A stretch of 64,000 nucleotides of DNA from Minisyncoccota bacterium (GTDB lineage: Bacteria; Patescibacteriota; Minisyncoccia; Phycocordibacterales; BOKC01), in assembly GCA_030583745.1 (NCBI GenBank), contig CP129473.1, positions 76,551 through 140,550 on the forward strand, given 5' to 3'. The translations under genes and the position numbers were made by a program. This document shows, piece after piece, positions 37,159 through 46,709 of this stretch. Numbering within the stretch: position 1 is the first letter of the stretch; each line of letters opens with the position of its first letter. A model generated the notes under the pieces. It searched no databases. It was not told where the DNA came from and saw nothing but the letters and a program-made list of their open reading frames with translations.

Positions 37159-38172
37159 ATGAGTATTTTTACAAAAAAACTTGGAATTGACCTTGGGACG
37201 ACAAGCGTTCTCGTTTATGTTCCGGGGAAAGGAGTGGTTTTGAATGAGCCTTCTGTGGTCGCGGTGTCAGAAGATGACAATAAAATTTTGGCGATCGGTG
37301 TTGAGGCCAAGAAGATGATAGGTAAGACGCCGGAAAATATTATTGCTTACCGGCCGATGAAAGATGGAGTAATTGCCGACTATCGAGTTACAGAAGCTAT
37401 GTTGCGCTACTACATCAGGAAAGCTCTTGGTCGTTTTAATATCGCAAAGCCGGATGTTTTGGTTTCAGTTCCGGCTGGCGTTACTTCTACCGAAAGGCGA
37501 GCGGTGGTGGAGGCAGCACTTAAGGCCGGCGCCAAAAACGCCTACATTGTCAAAGAGCCGATTTTGGCGGCGATTGGTGCTGGTATTCCGATTTATGAAT
37601 CAATGGGGCATATGATTGTGGACATTGGTGGAGGCACAACTGACGTAGCGGTTATTTCTTTAGGTGGAATCGTTGCCGCAACTTCCGTAAAATGCGCCGG
37701 TAACAAAATTGATACCGCGATTGCGGACTATGTCAAAAAGACTTTTAATTTGGCGATTGGCGATAAGACCGCCGAGGATATAAAAATTACAATCGGATCG
37801 GCTATTCCGCTAGACGAAGAACTTTCAATGAATATAAAAGGCCGAGATTTTATAACCGGTCTCCCGCGTTCTATTGAAATCAAAACTAATGAAATAGTTA
37901 AAGCTATTCATCGTGAATTAAAAGAAATAGTTAAAGCCATTAAAGATGTTTTTCAAGAAACTCCGCCCGAACTTGCTTCGGACATTATTGACCAAGGAAT
38001 AATTATGACTGGCGGAACCTCTCAACTACGAAATTTGCCAGAATTGATATATCGTCGAACGGGAGTCAAAGCGATTCTGGCTGACAATCCGGTCTATTGC
38101 GTGGCGCGTGGCACTGGCATTGCTCTGGATCATTTGAATGTCTATAAAAAATCAATAATTTCTAAAAAGTAG
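37159..38172 (+). CDS. mreB: rod-shape protein MreB (actin-like), paralog 1
   Basis: 'LGIDLGTTSVLVY…EPSVVAV' and 'DIGGGTTDVAVISLGG' are present. Confidence 0.9.
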   Translation: MSIFTKKLGIDLGTTSVLVYVPGKGVVLNEPSVVAVSEDDNKILAIGVEAKKMIGKTPENIIAYRPMKDGVIADYRVTEAMLRYYIRKALGRFNIAKPDVLVSVPAGVTSTERRAVVEAALKAGAKNAYIVKEPILAAIGAGIPIYESMGHMIVDIGGGTTDVAVISLGGIVAATSVKCAGNKIDTAIADYVKKTFNLAIGDKTAEDIKITIGSAIPLDEELSMNIKGRDFITGLPRSIEIKTNEIVKAIHRELKEIVKAIKDVFQETPPELASDIIDQGIIMTGGTSQLRNLPELIYRRTGVKAILADNPVYCVARGTGIALDHLNVYKKSIISKK

Positions 38173-38177
38173 AAATA

Positions 38178-38861
38178 ATGTCTTCGGTTTTAAACTTGAA
38201 AAAACACCATGCTTATTTGGTTTTGTCGGCAAACGGCAATGGTTTGGAATTGTTGAAAAAAATTGTTCAGTCTGGTTTGGATATTGAGACTACTGGTAAT
38301 CCTGACTATTGGGAAAAACAAATTGAAACTTTTGGTATAGATGATAGCCGAGATTTGAAAAGGATATATTTAAGTCGGGCTTTAAAAGAAAACAACCCTA
38401 AGGTTATTTTGGTAAAGACTTCTTTTATAACTACCGAAGCTCAAAATGCGCTTTTGAAAATTCTTGAGGATCCCAGTCCGCAGACCTTTTTCTTTTTTTT
38501 GATGCCCTCAAAAGAAGGTCTTATCCCGACTTTGTTGTCGCGTTTTATGGTTTTGGAAAAAGCGATAGTGGGAGAAGAAGAAAAACCCCCACTCGAGCCA
38601 GAGATTTTTTTGAGTTTAAGTGTTCCGGCTAGATTAAAATCAGTAGCTAAAATTATTGCAGTTAAAGACAGGGCGGTGGCCGAAAAAGCAATTGATGCCT
38701 TGGAAACCTGTCTTTATAGAAAAGTTGATTGGCTGTCTTTAGATTTAAAACAAGCCGAAATATTTAAAATATTTGCTGAAAGTCGGAATTATTTGCGAAG
38801 CCGTGGTGGTTCAATAAAGCTCGTTCTAGAAAATCTATGCTTGGTTTTGCCGAAAGTCTGA
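38178..38861 (+). CDS. DNA polymerase III delta'-like subunit (HolB-like, no Walker A)
   Basis: 'HAYLVLSANG…' and 'NALLKILEDPSPQTFFFFLMPSKEGLIPTLLSRF' match the delta' pattern 'NALLKTLEEPP…SRC'. Confidence 0.65.
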   Translation: MSSVLNLKKHHAYLVLSANGNGLELLKKIVQSGLDIETTGNPDYWEKQIETFGIDDSRDLKRIYLSRALKENNPKVILVKTSFITTEAQNALLKILEDPSPQTFFFFLMPSKEGLIPTLLSRFMVLEKAIVGEEEKPPLEPEIFLSLSVPARLKSVAKIIAVKDRAVAEKAIDALETCLYRKVDWLSLDLKQAEIFKIFAESRNYLRSRGGSIKLVLENLCLVLPKV

Positions 38862-38907
38862 ATTAAAGCTTGGAATTTTAGGGTTCGTAGTTTATGATGT
38901 TTAACAA

Positions 38908-39456
38908 ATGTATAATTTTTCAAATTTAAAAATCAAAACTCAAGAAGTCGTAGATTGGTTAAAAAAAGAATTTCAACTAATTCGTACCAGTCGGGCAACT
39001 CCAGCGATCTTAGATGGTGTGCGAGTGGAGGCCTATGGCTCGCGGATGCCGATAAGCCAGATGTCAACGATAACCGGCGAAGATCCGAAGACGCTTAGAG
39101 TTTCGCCTTGGGATATGAGCCAGAGTAAGGCGATAGAGAAGGCCATTCAAGATTCTGGTTTGGGATTGTCGGTGACTTCTGACGATCGTGGGGTGCGAGT
39201 TCATTTTCCGGAATTATCAGACGAACGACGAGCTACTCTCATAAAACTTTGCAAACAAAAGCTTGAGGAGGCCAGAATTAGTGTAAAAGCGGAGAGGGAA
39301 AAAATTTGGGAAGAAATACAAAAAAAGGAAAAAGATGGGGTGATTAGTGAAGACGATAAGTTTCGATTGAAAAATGACATGCAAAAGATTATTGACGAGA
39401 CAAATAAAAGGCTTGAAGAAATGGCAGAATCCAAAGAAAAAGAAATTTCTAATTAG
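38908..39456 (+). CDS. frr: ribosome recycling factor
   Basis: 'IRTSRATPAILDGVRVEAYGSRMPISQ' matches RRF. Confidence 0.9.
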   Translation: MYNFSNLKIKTQEVVDWLKKEFQLIRTSRATPAILDGVRVEAYGSRMPISQMSTITGEDPKTLRVSPWDMSQSKAIEKAIQDSGLGLSVTSDDRGVRVHFPELSDERRATLIKLCKQKLEEARISVKAEREKIWEEIQKKEKDGVISEDDKFRLKNDMQKIIDETNKRLEEMAESKEKEISN

Positions 39457-39462
39457 ACTACT

Positions 39463-40548
39463 ATGACTATTCTTATTTTTGTAATAGTTTTGGCCGTTTT
39501 AATTCTCGTTCATGAATTTGGGCATTTTATCTCTGCCAAGAAATCAGGAATTCGGGTTGATGAATTTGGCATCGGTTTTCCACCACGCTTATTGACTCTT
39601 TTTAATTGGCAAGGGACAAAATTTTCGCTTAATGCTTTGCCGTTTGGCGGATTTGTAAAAATTTTTGGAGAAAATCCACTGGAAACTCCGACTTCAGAAG
39701 AAGAAAAACAGAAACATTTTTCTCACAAGCCGAAAATTGTGCAGGCCTGGGTTTTAAGCGCCGGCGTAGTCTTCAATATTTTATTTGCTTGGATTTTAAT
39801 TTCTCTTGGTTTTATGCACGGTCTGCCAACGCCAATAGACCACAGTGATAATGTCTCTGATGCGCGTCTTGTTATAACTTCTATCTTGCCTAACTCTCCA
39901 GCCCAAGAAGCTGATTTGAAAGTCGGAGATACAGTCTCCGGAGTTTCTTTTTCCGGAGAAGAGTTGTTAGAAATCAGCCCAGAGAGTTTTTCAGATTTTT
40001 TAAGTGATAAGGATGGGGTGGTGGTATTAAAAATTTCAAGAGGGCAAGAAATTTTGGAAAAAGAAATTGAGCCAGCCGTCGGTATTTTAGAAGACCGGCG
40101 GGCGATTGGGATTTCTATGGGTATGATAGGCACTTTACGTCTGCCCGTCCACTTGGCTTTTTGGGAAGGAGGGAAGACAACACTAAATCTTCTTGGCGCT
40201 ATTGTTGTCGGCTTGTTTTCTTTTTTAAGTCAGGCGATTGTCGGACAAGCTGATTTGTCGCAGGTTGCCGGTCCGGTTGGCATTGTTGGTCTTGTTGGTG
40301 ATGCCACGAGTCTTGGCTTTATATATCTTTTGCAATTTACGGCCTTTATTTCTTTGAATTTGGCGGTGATAAATCTTTTACCGTTTCCAGCGCTTGATGG
40401 TGGACGTCTACTGTTTTTGGCAATTGAAGCAATTACAAGAAGAAGTATCAATCCGAAAGTTGCCGGCGCGCTGAATGCTATCGGCTTTCTTCTCTTGATT
40501 CTGCTCATGGTTGTAATAACTATTAGCGACATTTCTCGATTTTTCTAA
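39463..40548 (+). CDS. rseP: RIP metalloprotease RseP (site-2 protease, M50 with PDZ)
   Basis: 'HEFGHF' (HExxH) sits in TM1. A PDZ domain lies mid-protein and 'LNLAVINLLPFPALDGG' near the C-terminus. Confidence 0.85.
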   Translation: MTILIFVIVLAVLILVHEFGHFISAKKSGIRVDEFGIGFPPRLLTLFNWQGTKFSLNALPFGGFVKIFGENPLETPTSEEEKQKHFSHKPKIVQAWVLSAGVVFNILFAWILISLGFMHGLPTPIDHSDNVSDARLVITSILPNSPAQEADLKVGDTVSGVSFSGEELLEISPESFSDFLSDKDGVVVLKISRGQEILEKEIEPAVGILEDRRAIGISMGMIGTLRLPVHLAFWEGGKTTLNLLGAIVVGLFSFLSQAIVGQADLSQVAGPVGIVGLVGDATSLGFIYLLQFTAFISLNLAVINLLPFPALDGGRLLFLAIEAITRRSINPKVAGALNAIGFLLLILLMVVITISDISRFF

Positions 40549-40550
40549 GG

Positions 40551-40579
40551 GTTGCCGGAGTTTGAGATTTATGTATAAT
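40551..40579 (+). promoter_or_regulatory. promoter (TTGCCG-17-TATAAT with upstream TG) for the proS leader
   Basis: The -35 is 'ttgccg' and the extended -10 is 'tgtataat'. Confidence 0.5.
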
Positions 40580-40626
40580 CATATTAGAGTTTTGTACTGT
40601 CTCCATATCTTGGGAAAGGGACGATT

Positions 40627-40654
40627 CCTGACAAAGATCTCCTGACAAAGATCT
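40627..40654 (+). repeat. tandem direct repeat 2 x 14 bp (cctgacaaagatct)
   Basis: Two exact copies are adjacent within the proS upstream leader. Confidence 0.85.
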
Positions 40655-40750
40655 AGAGAAGGACAGAATGTTCCAACCCTCGAAACAGGACAAAGATGTT
40701 CAGACTTGATGTTCGGCAGGGTCTTTCCCCGGGACTCTGTCGACCCATCG

Positions 40751-40790
40751 CCCCGTCGTGTGTTGCATTTGTAGCGCCGGCGGGGTTTTT
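40751..40790 (+). terminator. attenuator-like hairpin plus U-tract in the proS leader
   Basis: 'ccccgtcg…cggcgggg' is followed by 'tttttc'. It lies 40 nt upstream of the proS ATG. Confidence 0.45.
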
Positions 40791-40828
40791 CATTTGTTTT
40801 AGAATTCTTGTTGATATAATATTGTTCT

Positions 40829-42070
40829 ATGCGCCAATCAGCTATATTTTCTAAAACCAGAAAGGAAGCACCCAAGGACGAGGTTTCTCAAAACGCCGCT
40901 CTTTTAATCAGAGCTGGTTTTGTCCACAAAGAGATGGCCGGAGTTTATTCTCTTCTACCTTTTGGCTTGAGAGTCTTAAACAAAATTGCCGGAATTATAA
41001 GAGAGGAAATGAACACGCTCGGAGGACAGGAAATATCTTTGACCTCTCTTCAAGAGCCATCAATTTGGAACAGCACCGGACGTTGGGAAGAGATTGATGT
41101 TTGGTTTAAGACTAAATTTAAAAATGGTGCGGATGTTGGTCTTGCGACGACTCATGAAGAGCCTTTGACCAATCTTCTCAAAGAACACTTATCTTCTTAC
41201 AAAGATCTACCATTTTCAGTCTTTCAAATTCAGACAAAATTTAGAAACGAAATTCGTGCGAAAAGCGGTCTTATGAGGGGAAGAGAGTTTTTAATGAAAG
41301 ATCTATATTCTTTTTCTAGAGATGAAGCCGAGCATCAGAAATTTTACGAAAAGGTTAAGAAGGGTTATTTGAAAATTTTTAAAAAAGTCGGGCTGAAAGA
41401 ATTCTATCTAACTTTTGCTTCTGGTGGTAGTTTTTCAAAATTCAGTCATGAATTTCAGGCGCTCTCGGAAGCTGGCGAAGATACGATTTATCTTCACTCA
41501 AAAAAGAAAATCGCCGTAAATAAGGAGGTTATGGAGGATTCAGTTTTGGCCGAACTTGGTTTGGAAAGAGAATCTCTTGAAGAACGTCGGTCCATAGAAA
41601 TCGGTAACATTTTTTCTCTCGGTACTAAATTTTCTGAGCCACTTGGCCTTTTGTATCTTGATGAAAAAGGCGAAAAGAAACCGGTAATTATGGGAAGCTA
41701 TGGGATTGGTTTGGGACGGCTTATGGCAACTGTTGCAGAAACTCTTTCTAACAGTCGGGGTCTAGTTTGGCCCGAGACAATCGCACCTTTTAAAATCCAC
41801 CTTTTGGTTTTAGGTACAAATAAAAAAACACGCAAAAAAGCTGAAGTGATTTACAATCAATTTGTTAAAAAGAACATTGAAGTTCTTTTTGACGATCGAG
41901 AGGCAACGGCTGGAGAGAAGTTTGCAGATGCAGATTTAATAGGTATTCCTTGGCGAATTATTATTAGCGAAAAAACTGAAGCGACAGGAAAGTTGGAGGT
42001 CAAAGAAAGAAAAAGTGGCAAAATAAGTTTTCTAACCGAGAGTCAATTATTTAAAAAATTCGATGAATAA
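40829..42070 (+). CDS. proS: prolyl-tRNA synthetase (short form without large editing insertion)
   Basis: Class II motifs are present, together with 'FQIQTKFRNEIRAKSGLMRGREFLMKD' and the C-terminal anticodon-binding domain. Confidence 0.9.
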   Translation: MRQSAIFSKTRKEAPKDEVSQNAALLIRAGFVHKEMAGVYSLLPFGLRVLNKIAGIIREEMNTLGGQEISLTSLQEPSIWNSTGRWEEIDVWFKTKFKNGADVGLATTHEEPLTNLLKEHLSSYKDLPFSVFQIQTKFRNEIRAKSGLMRGREFLMKDLYSFSRDEAEHQKFYEKVKKGYLKIFKKVGLKEFYLTFASGGSFSKFSHEFQALSEAGEDTIYLHSKKKIAVNKEVMEDSVLAELGLERESLEERRSIEIGNIFSLGTKFSEPLGLLYLDEKGEKKPVIMGSYGIGLGRLMATVAETLSNSRGLVWPETIAPFKIHLLVLGTNKKTRKKAEVIYNQFVKKNIEVLFDDREATAGEKFADADLIGIPWRIIISEKTEATGKLEVKERKSGKISFLTESQLFKKFDE

Positions 42071-43121
42071 TCTTTTTAAAAAGATTAGTGGGACTTTTTC
42101 AAACGATATTGGTATTGATCTTGGGACAGCCAATACTTTGGTCTATTTGCGTGGTAAGGGAATTGTCATAAACGAGCCATCCGTTGTTGCTCTCAATCAA
42201 AAGACTGGAAGGGTGGTCGCGGTTGGTGAACAAGCCAAGCAAATGCTCGGCCGGACACCGGCTCATATTACTGCCGTCCGACCACTTGTAGATGGAGTTA
42301 TCTCTGATTTTGAAGTGACCGAAGAAATGATTTCTTATCTTGTTAATAAAGCGCAGAAGGGTGCACAGAAATTTTTTGGTCCACGAGTGGTTGTTGGTGT
42401 ACCGTCTGGAATCACCTCGGTTGAAATTCGGGCGGTAAGAGATGCCACTAAAAACGCTGGCGCTAGAGAAGTTCACATTGTTGAGGAACCGGTGGCAGCC
42501 GCCATTGGAATTCATCTACCGGTAATGGATCCGGTTGGCTCAATGGTTATTGATATCGGAGGAGGAACAACCGACATCGCTGTGATTTCTCTTGGCGGTG
42601 TTGTTCGTTCAAAAAATCTAAGGATTGCCGGAGACAAATTAAATTCAGACATAATTTCTTATATCAGGAGCGAATTTAAAATTTTAATTGGTGAGAAAAC
42701 GGCTGAAGCTGTGAAAATTGCAGTCGGGTCAGTTGCCGATGGCGAGACGATTGAATCTGTCATAAAGGGCCGAGATTTGGTGACGGGTCTGCCGAAAGAA
42801 GTGATAATTACCAGTTCAGACATAAGAGAGGCAATCTCATCTTCAATCGCCGCTCTTCTTGACGCAATTAAGGAAGTCTTGGAGACAACTCCGCCAGAAA
42901 TCTTGTCGGATGTTATGCAACGCGGTGTTTACCTGGTCGGTGGTGGCTCTCTTATACGAGGATGGTCAGAGCTTCTGAAAAGCCAGCTAAAAATTCCGGT
43001 CTTTATTGCTGATGAGCCGATGACGGCGGTAGCTCGGGGCGCCGGAATAATTTTGGAGAACTTGGATTATTATAAAGAGGTCTTGATTGTAAATGACAAT
43101 GAATTACCTCCGGCCCGCTGA
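42063..43121 (+). CDS. mreB: MreB/Mbl actin-like protein, paralog 2
   Basis: 'IGIDLGTANTLVY…EPSVVAL' and 'DIGGGTTDIAVISLGG' are present. It is followed by mreC. Confidence 0.9.
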   Translation: MNNLFKKISGTFSNDIGIDLGTANTLVYLRGKGIVINEPSVVALNQKTGRVVAVGEQAKQMLGRTPAHITAVRPLVDGVISDFEVTEEMISYLVNKAQKGAQKFFGPRVVVGVPSGITSVEIRAVRDATKNAGAREVHIVEEPVAAAIGIHLPVMDPVGSMVIDIGGGTTDIAVISLGGVVRSKNLRIAGDKLNSDIISYIRSEFKILIGEKTAEAVKIAVGSVADGETIESVIKGRDLVTGLPKEVIITSSDIREAISSSIAALLDAIKEVLETTPPEILSDVMQRGVYLVGGGSLIRGWSELLKSQLKIPVFIADEPMTAVARGAGIILENLDYYKEVLIVNDNELPPAR

Positions 43122-43896
43122 CAAAAGACCGAAGAGAGCCACGAAGTTTGTGATTGTGGTGGTTTTTCTTGTACTTATCGCTTTCTTTTTTTCCGGCGCA
43201 ATCGGGAGCTTAGGCAAAAACTTTTTAAACTCACTTGGTTTTCCTGTTTGGAAAGCCGGACTTGCATCGTCGGAAAAATTTTATTTTCTCGGTTCGTTCT
43301 TCAATTCTAGGATTAAGCAAGCCGAAGAGATTAGAATTTTAAAAGACGAACTTCTGCTTGCAAATTTAAACTTGAAAGAGTTTGAATCAATGGTAGAGGA
43401 AAACAGGAATCTGAAAGCCCTCTTGAATCGTGAGGATAATCAAGAGGCGATTTCAGCTTCTGTTCTGGTCAGACCCCCACAGTCGCTTTATGATGTATTT
43501 ATAATTGATATTGGCAGAAGGCACGGGCTTGTCGGTGGGGAAAAAGTTTTTTTTGAAAATGTTTTACTCGGGTTTGTTGACGAGGTTTTTAACAAAACTT
43601 CAAAAGTTAAAATTGTTTCTTCTCCCGGTTTTGAAATCTCTGCTTTCATTGAGAGAGTTAATCTGCCGGTTGTAGTTGTTGGTCGAGGTGGCGGAAATTT
43701 TCAGGCAAGTCTACCACAAGAGGTAGAAGTGGAAGTTGGTGATTTTTTGGTTGTGCCCGGATTGCCACAAAAACTTTTGGGTCAGATTGAGGAAGTTGAA
43801 CAGACCGAAACTGGTTCTTTTAAGAAAATACTTTTCAGGTTGCCGGTCAATCTTTCAGAAATAAGGTGGGTAGCGGTTGAAATAGGGGCGGACTAA
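43093..43896 (+). CDS. mreC: rod shape-determining protein MreC
   Basis: An N-terminal TM segment and a coiled coil 'LKDELLLANLNLKEFESMVEENRNLK' precede a beta-rich C-terminus. Confidence 0.75.
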   Translation: MTMNYLRPADKRPKRATKFVIVVVFLVLIAFFFSGAIGSLGKNFLNSLGFPVWKAGLASSEKFYFLGSFFNSRIKQAEEIRILKDELLLANLNLKEFESMVEENRNLKALLNREDNQEAISASVLVRPPQSLYDVFIIDIGRRHGLVGGEKVFFENVLLGFVDEVFNKTSKVKIVSSPGFEISAFIERVNLPVVVVGRGGGNFQASLPQEVEVEVGDFLVVPGLPQKLLGQIEEVEQTETGSFKKILFRLPVNLSEIRWVAVEIGAD

Positions 43897-43922
43897 ATCA
43901 TTGTTATTTTGTATTTAAAGAT

Positions 43923-44204
43923 ATGAGTTTTTTACTCAACAAACATTTTTTAAGAATTCTAGCCAATTTGCTAGTTTTGGCATCCGTCTTTATTCTGCCT
44001 TGGTGGACACTTTTTTTGCTTTCCATTTTTTTTCTATTTTATTTTCATCTTTATCTAGAAGCAGTTTTAGTCGCTTGGTTTTTTGATATTTTGTATTCAA
44101 CTGAAAGTTGGTTTTTAGGTATGTATTGGGTAACTTTTGTTATGTTCCTAATTTTTTTATTATCAGAATTCTTGAAACGTAAAATAATATTTATCAATGA
44201 TTAG
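43923..44204 (+). CDS. MreD-like small membrane protein
   Basis: It is a 93-aa polytopic membrane protein lying between mreC and PBP2. Confidence 0.4.
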   Translation: MSFLLNKHFLRILANLLVLASVFILPWWTLFLLSIFFLFYFHLYLEAVLVAWFFDILYSTESWFLGMYWVTFVMFLIFLLSEFLKRKIIFIND

Positions 44205-45888
44205 CTGGTGGAGTAAAAAAATAAAATACTGGTTTAAGAGAAGGCACAATATTGAAATTACTCCGGATGAGATACTTTTGGATGCGAGTAATCTGCCGAA
44301 TTTTGACACTGATCAATTCGAAGGTCGGCTTGAAAAACCAATTTCTAAAAAATCTTTGAAGCTGGTGTTTGTGTTTTTTGTTACCATAAGTGTTTTACTT
44401 TTTGCTCGAACTTGGTTTTTACAGGTCCAACAGGGCGAAGCTTTTCTTGAAAGGAGCGAGAATAATCGTCTTCGTTACACTTTTATATTTTCTAATCGCG
44501 GAATAATTTATGACCGTAACGGTCAGGAGTTGGTCTTTAATGTCAGGGATGACACTGAAGATTTTTCAAAAAGAAAGTATCTTGAAATCCCGGGTTTCTC
44601 TCACCTTTTAGGTTATGTTAAATACCCAAGTAAAGACAAGCACGGTTTTTACTGGGAAACCAATTATGTTGGTAAGAGCGGTGTTGAACTTGCTTTTAAC
44701 GAAATCTTACTTGGAGAAAATGGTTTGAAGATTGTTGAAACCGATGCTTTTAATGAAATTCATTCTCAAGCTGTTACCAAACCGCCGAAAGATGGCAATA
44801 ATGTTTATTTATCTATTGATGCTGGAATCCAAGCTAAATTATTTGAAATAATTTCTAAAACCGCTGGGACCTTCAACTATCAAGGTGGGTCCGGTGCAAT
44901 TATGAATGTCAAAACCGGCGAGCTTATCGCCGCGACAAGTTTTCCAGAATATAGTTCAGAGATTCTAAGTAACGGTAAACAGGAGGAGATTGAGAGTTAT
45001 TTGAACGACAAGAATAACCCTTTTCTTTATCGACTAATTGGCGGTCTTTATGCTCCGGGTTCAGTGGTCAAGCCCTTCCTCTCGGTCGCTGCTTTGAATG
45101 AAGGAGTCATAGATCCAAAAAAACAGATTTTAAGCACTGACCGAATGGCAGTACCGAACCCATATGTCCCCGGACAATTCTCATATTTTACTGATTGGAA
45201 AGCACATGGCTGGGTGGATATGATTGATGCCCTAGCTTTTTCTTCAAATATTTATTTCTACCACATTGGCGGTGGGTTTGGTGAACAGAGAGGTCTTGGA
45301 ATCAGTAAAATTAATAAATATCTTTCGGACTTTGGGATTGGCGAAATAACCAAAATTAAATTGTCAGGCGAAGTTTCCGGCACTATTCCGAATCCAGAGT
45401 GGAAGAAATCTCGTTTTGACGATGACTGGAGACTTGGTGATACCTATAATACCTCAATCGGACAATACGGTTTTCAGGTTACTCCAATTCAAATTTTAAG
45501 AGCCGTTTCGGCTTTGGCTAATGGTGGCAATCTTTTAACACCATCTTTACTGAAGGGAGGGGAAGGGAATAAAGACTCTTATAGTCTGTCACTGACAAGG
45601 GAATCTTTTGAAATTACAAGATTGGGAATGAGGCGGGCTGTTGAAAAAGGAACAGCGTCTGGGTTAAATGTTCCTTACGTTTCAGTGGCAGCAAAAACAG
45701 GAACAGCTGAAATAGGCAGGTCCTTTATCCACTCTTGGATTGTTGGATTTTTTCCGTTTGAAAATCCGAAATATGCTTTTGTTGTAGTTATGGAAAGGGG
45801 TCCGTATAGTAATACCACCGGTGGGGTTTATGTGATGAGGCAGTTGTTGGATTGGATGAATCAGAATACACCGGAGTATTTTAAATAA
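44197..45888 (+). CDS. mrdA: penicillin-binding protein 2 (transpeptidase, MrdA-like)
   Basis: An N-terminal TM segment is present. The SxxK motif is 'APGSVVKPF', SxN is 'SSNIYFY' and K(T/S)G is 'KTGTAE'. Confidence 0.85.
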   Translation: MISWWSKKIKYWFKRRHNIEITPDEILLDASNLPNFDTDQFEGRLEKPISKKSLKLVFVFFVTISVLLFARTWFLQVQQGEAFLERSENNRLRYTFIFSNRGIIYDRNGQELVFNVRDDTEDFSKRKYLEIPGFSHLLGYVKYPSKDKHGFYWETNYVGKSGVELAFNEILLGENGLKIVETDAFNEIHSQAVTKPPKDGNNVYLSIDAGIQAKLFEIISKTAGTFNYQGGSGAIMNVKTGELIAATSFPEYSSEILSNGKQEEIESYLNDKNNPFLYRLIGGLYAPGSVVKPFLSVAALNEGVIDPKKQILSTDRMAVPNPYVPGQFSYFTDWKAHGWVDMIDALAFSSNIYFYHIGGGFGEQRGLGISKINKYLSDFGIGEITKIKLSGEVSGTIPNPEWKKSRFDDDWRLGDTYNTSIGQYGFQVTPIQILRAVSALANGGNLLTPSLLKGGEGNKDSYSLSLTRESFEITRLGMRRAVEKGTASGLNVPYVSVAAKTGTAEIGRSFIHSWIVGFFPFENPKYAFVVVMERGPYSNTTGGVYVMRQLLDWMNQNTPEYFK

Positions 45889-46101
45889 AAAAACACTCCG
45901 ACTACGTGTCGGAGTGTTGCGGGCTGTCGTGAACCAGAACTCTCGTTCTTGTGCTGTTCTCTTTTCCCTCCGTGTTATTTGGATCTGGAAGGGCAGCGGC
46001 TATTTGCTCGGCACTGTTGCCTCACGATGTACCTCCGACAGTTGCGGAGAAGTGCTTTGATTGGAAAGCCAACCATGGTGCCTATACCCCAAACCCCAAT
46101 T

Positions 46102-46135
46102 TTAGTTGACTTTTTTGACCCTGTTGATACAATTC
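46102..46135 (+). promoter_or_regulatory. promoter for greA (TTGACT-17-TACAAT)
   Basis: 'ttgacttttttgaccctgttgatacaat' lies ~30 nt before the greA ATG. Confidence 0.5.
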
Positions 46136-46162
46136 ATCTCACTAAAATTAAGCAAAAATAAG

Positions 46163-46627
46163 ATGGAAGTTACAGAATATTTAACTCAAGAAAAGTTTGA
46201 TGAGCTTCAAAAAGAGTTGGAGTATCTCAAAAAAGATAAAAGGAAAGAGATAGCCGAACAGCTTGAGTATGCTCGATCTCTTGGCGATTTGTCCGAAAAC
46301 GCGGAATACCACGAAGCTCGAGAAGAACAGGCAAATTTGGAAGACAGGATCGTGAAGATAGAAAATCTCTTGAAGAACGCGAGCATAGTATCTTCGTCTG
46401 GTGGAAAGGAAGTTTCGATAGGTTCTACAGTCGTTGTTCAAAGAGATAAAGAAAATGAATCTAAGACTTTTACTATAGTTGGTTCTGAAGAAGCCGACAT
46501 GTCGGTTGGCAAGATTTCTGTTAGGTCTCCATTCGGAGAATCTGTTTTAGGAAGAAAGAAAGGGGACGAATTTTCTTTTAAAACTCCGACCGGGGCCGCT
46601 AAATACAAGATTATCTCGGTGAAGTAG
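46163..46627 (+). CDS. greA: transcription elongation factor GreA
   Basis: 'LTQEKFDELQKELEYL…DLSENAEYHEAREEQ' matches GreA. The ATG at 46163 is preferred over the track's TTG at 46106. Confidence 0.9.
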   Translation: MEVTEYLTQEKFDELQKELEYLKKDKRKEIAEQLEYARSLGDLSENAEYHEAREEQANLEDRIVKIENLLKNASIVSSSGGKEVSIGSTVVVQRDKENESKTFTIVGSEEADMSVGKISVRSPFGESVLGRKKGDEFSFKTPTGAAKYKIISVK

Positions 46628-46637
46628 TTATTCCATA

Positions 46638-46668
46638 AAAGCCCCCGCCCTTTGGGCGGGGGCTTTAG
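46638..46668 (+). terminator. intrinsic terminator after greA
   Basis: The hairpin is 'aaagcccccgccc-tttg-ggcgggggcttt'. Confidence 0.7.
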
Positions 46669-46709
46669 GTATGCTAAAATAATCAGCGTAATTAAAATTT
46701 TTAAAGGCA

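Noticed and set aside
40550-40830. T-box riboswitch upstream of proS
   Set aside because: No T-box consensus (AGGGUGGNACCGCG), specifier-loop or stem I GA-motif pattern is found. The region is retained only as a generic leader/attenuator candidate.
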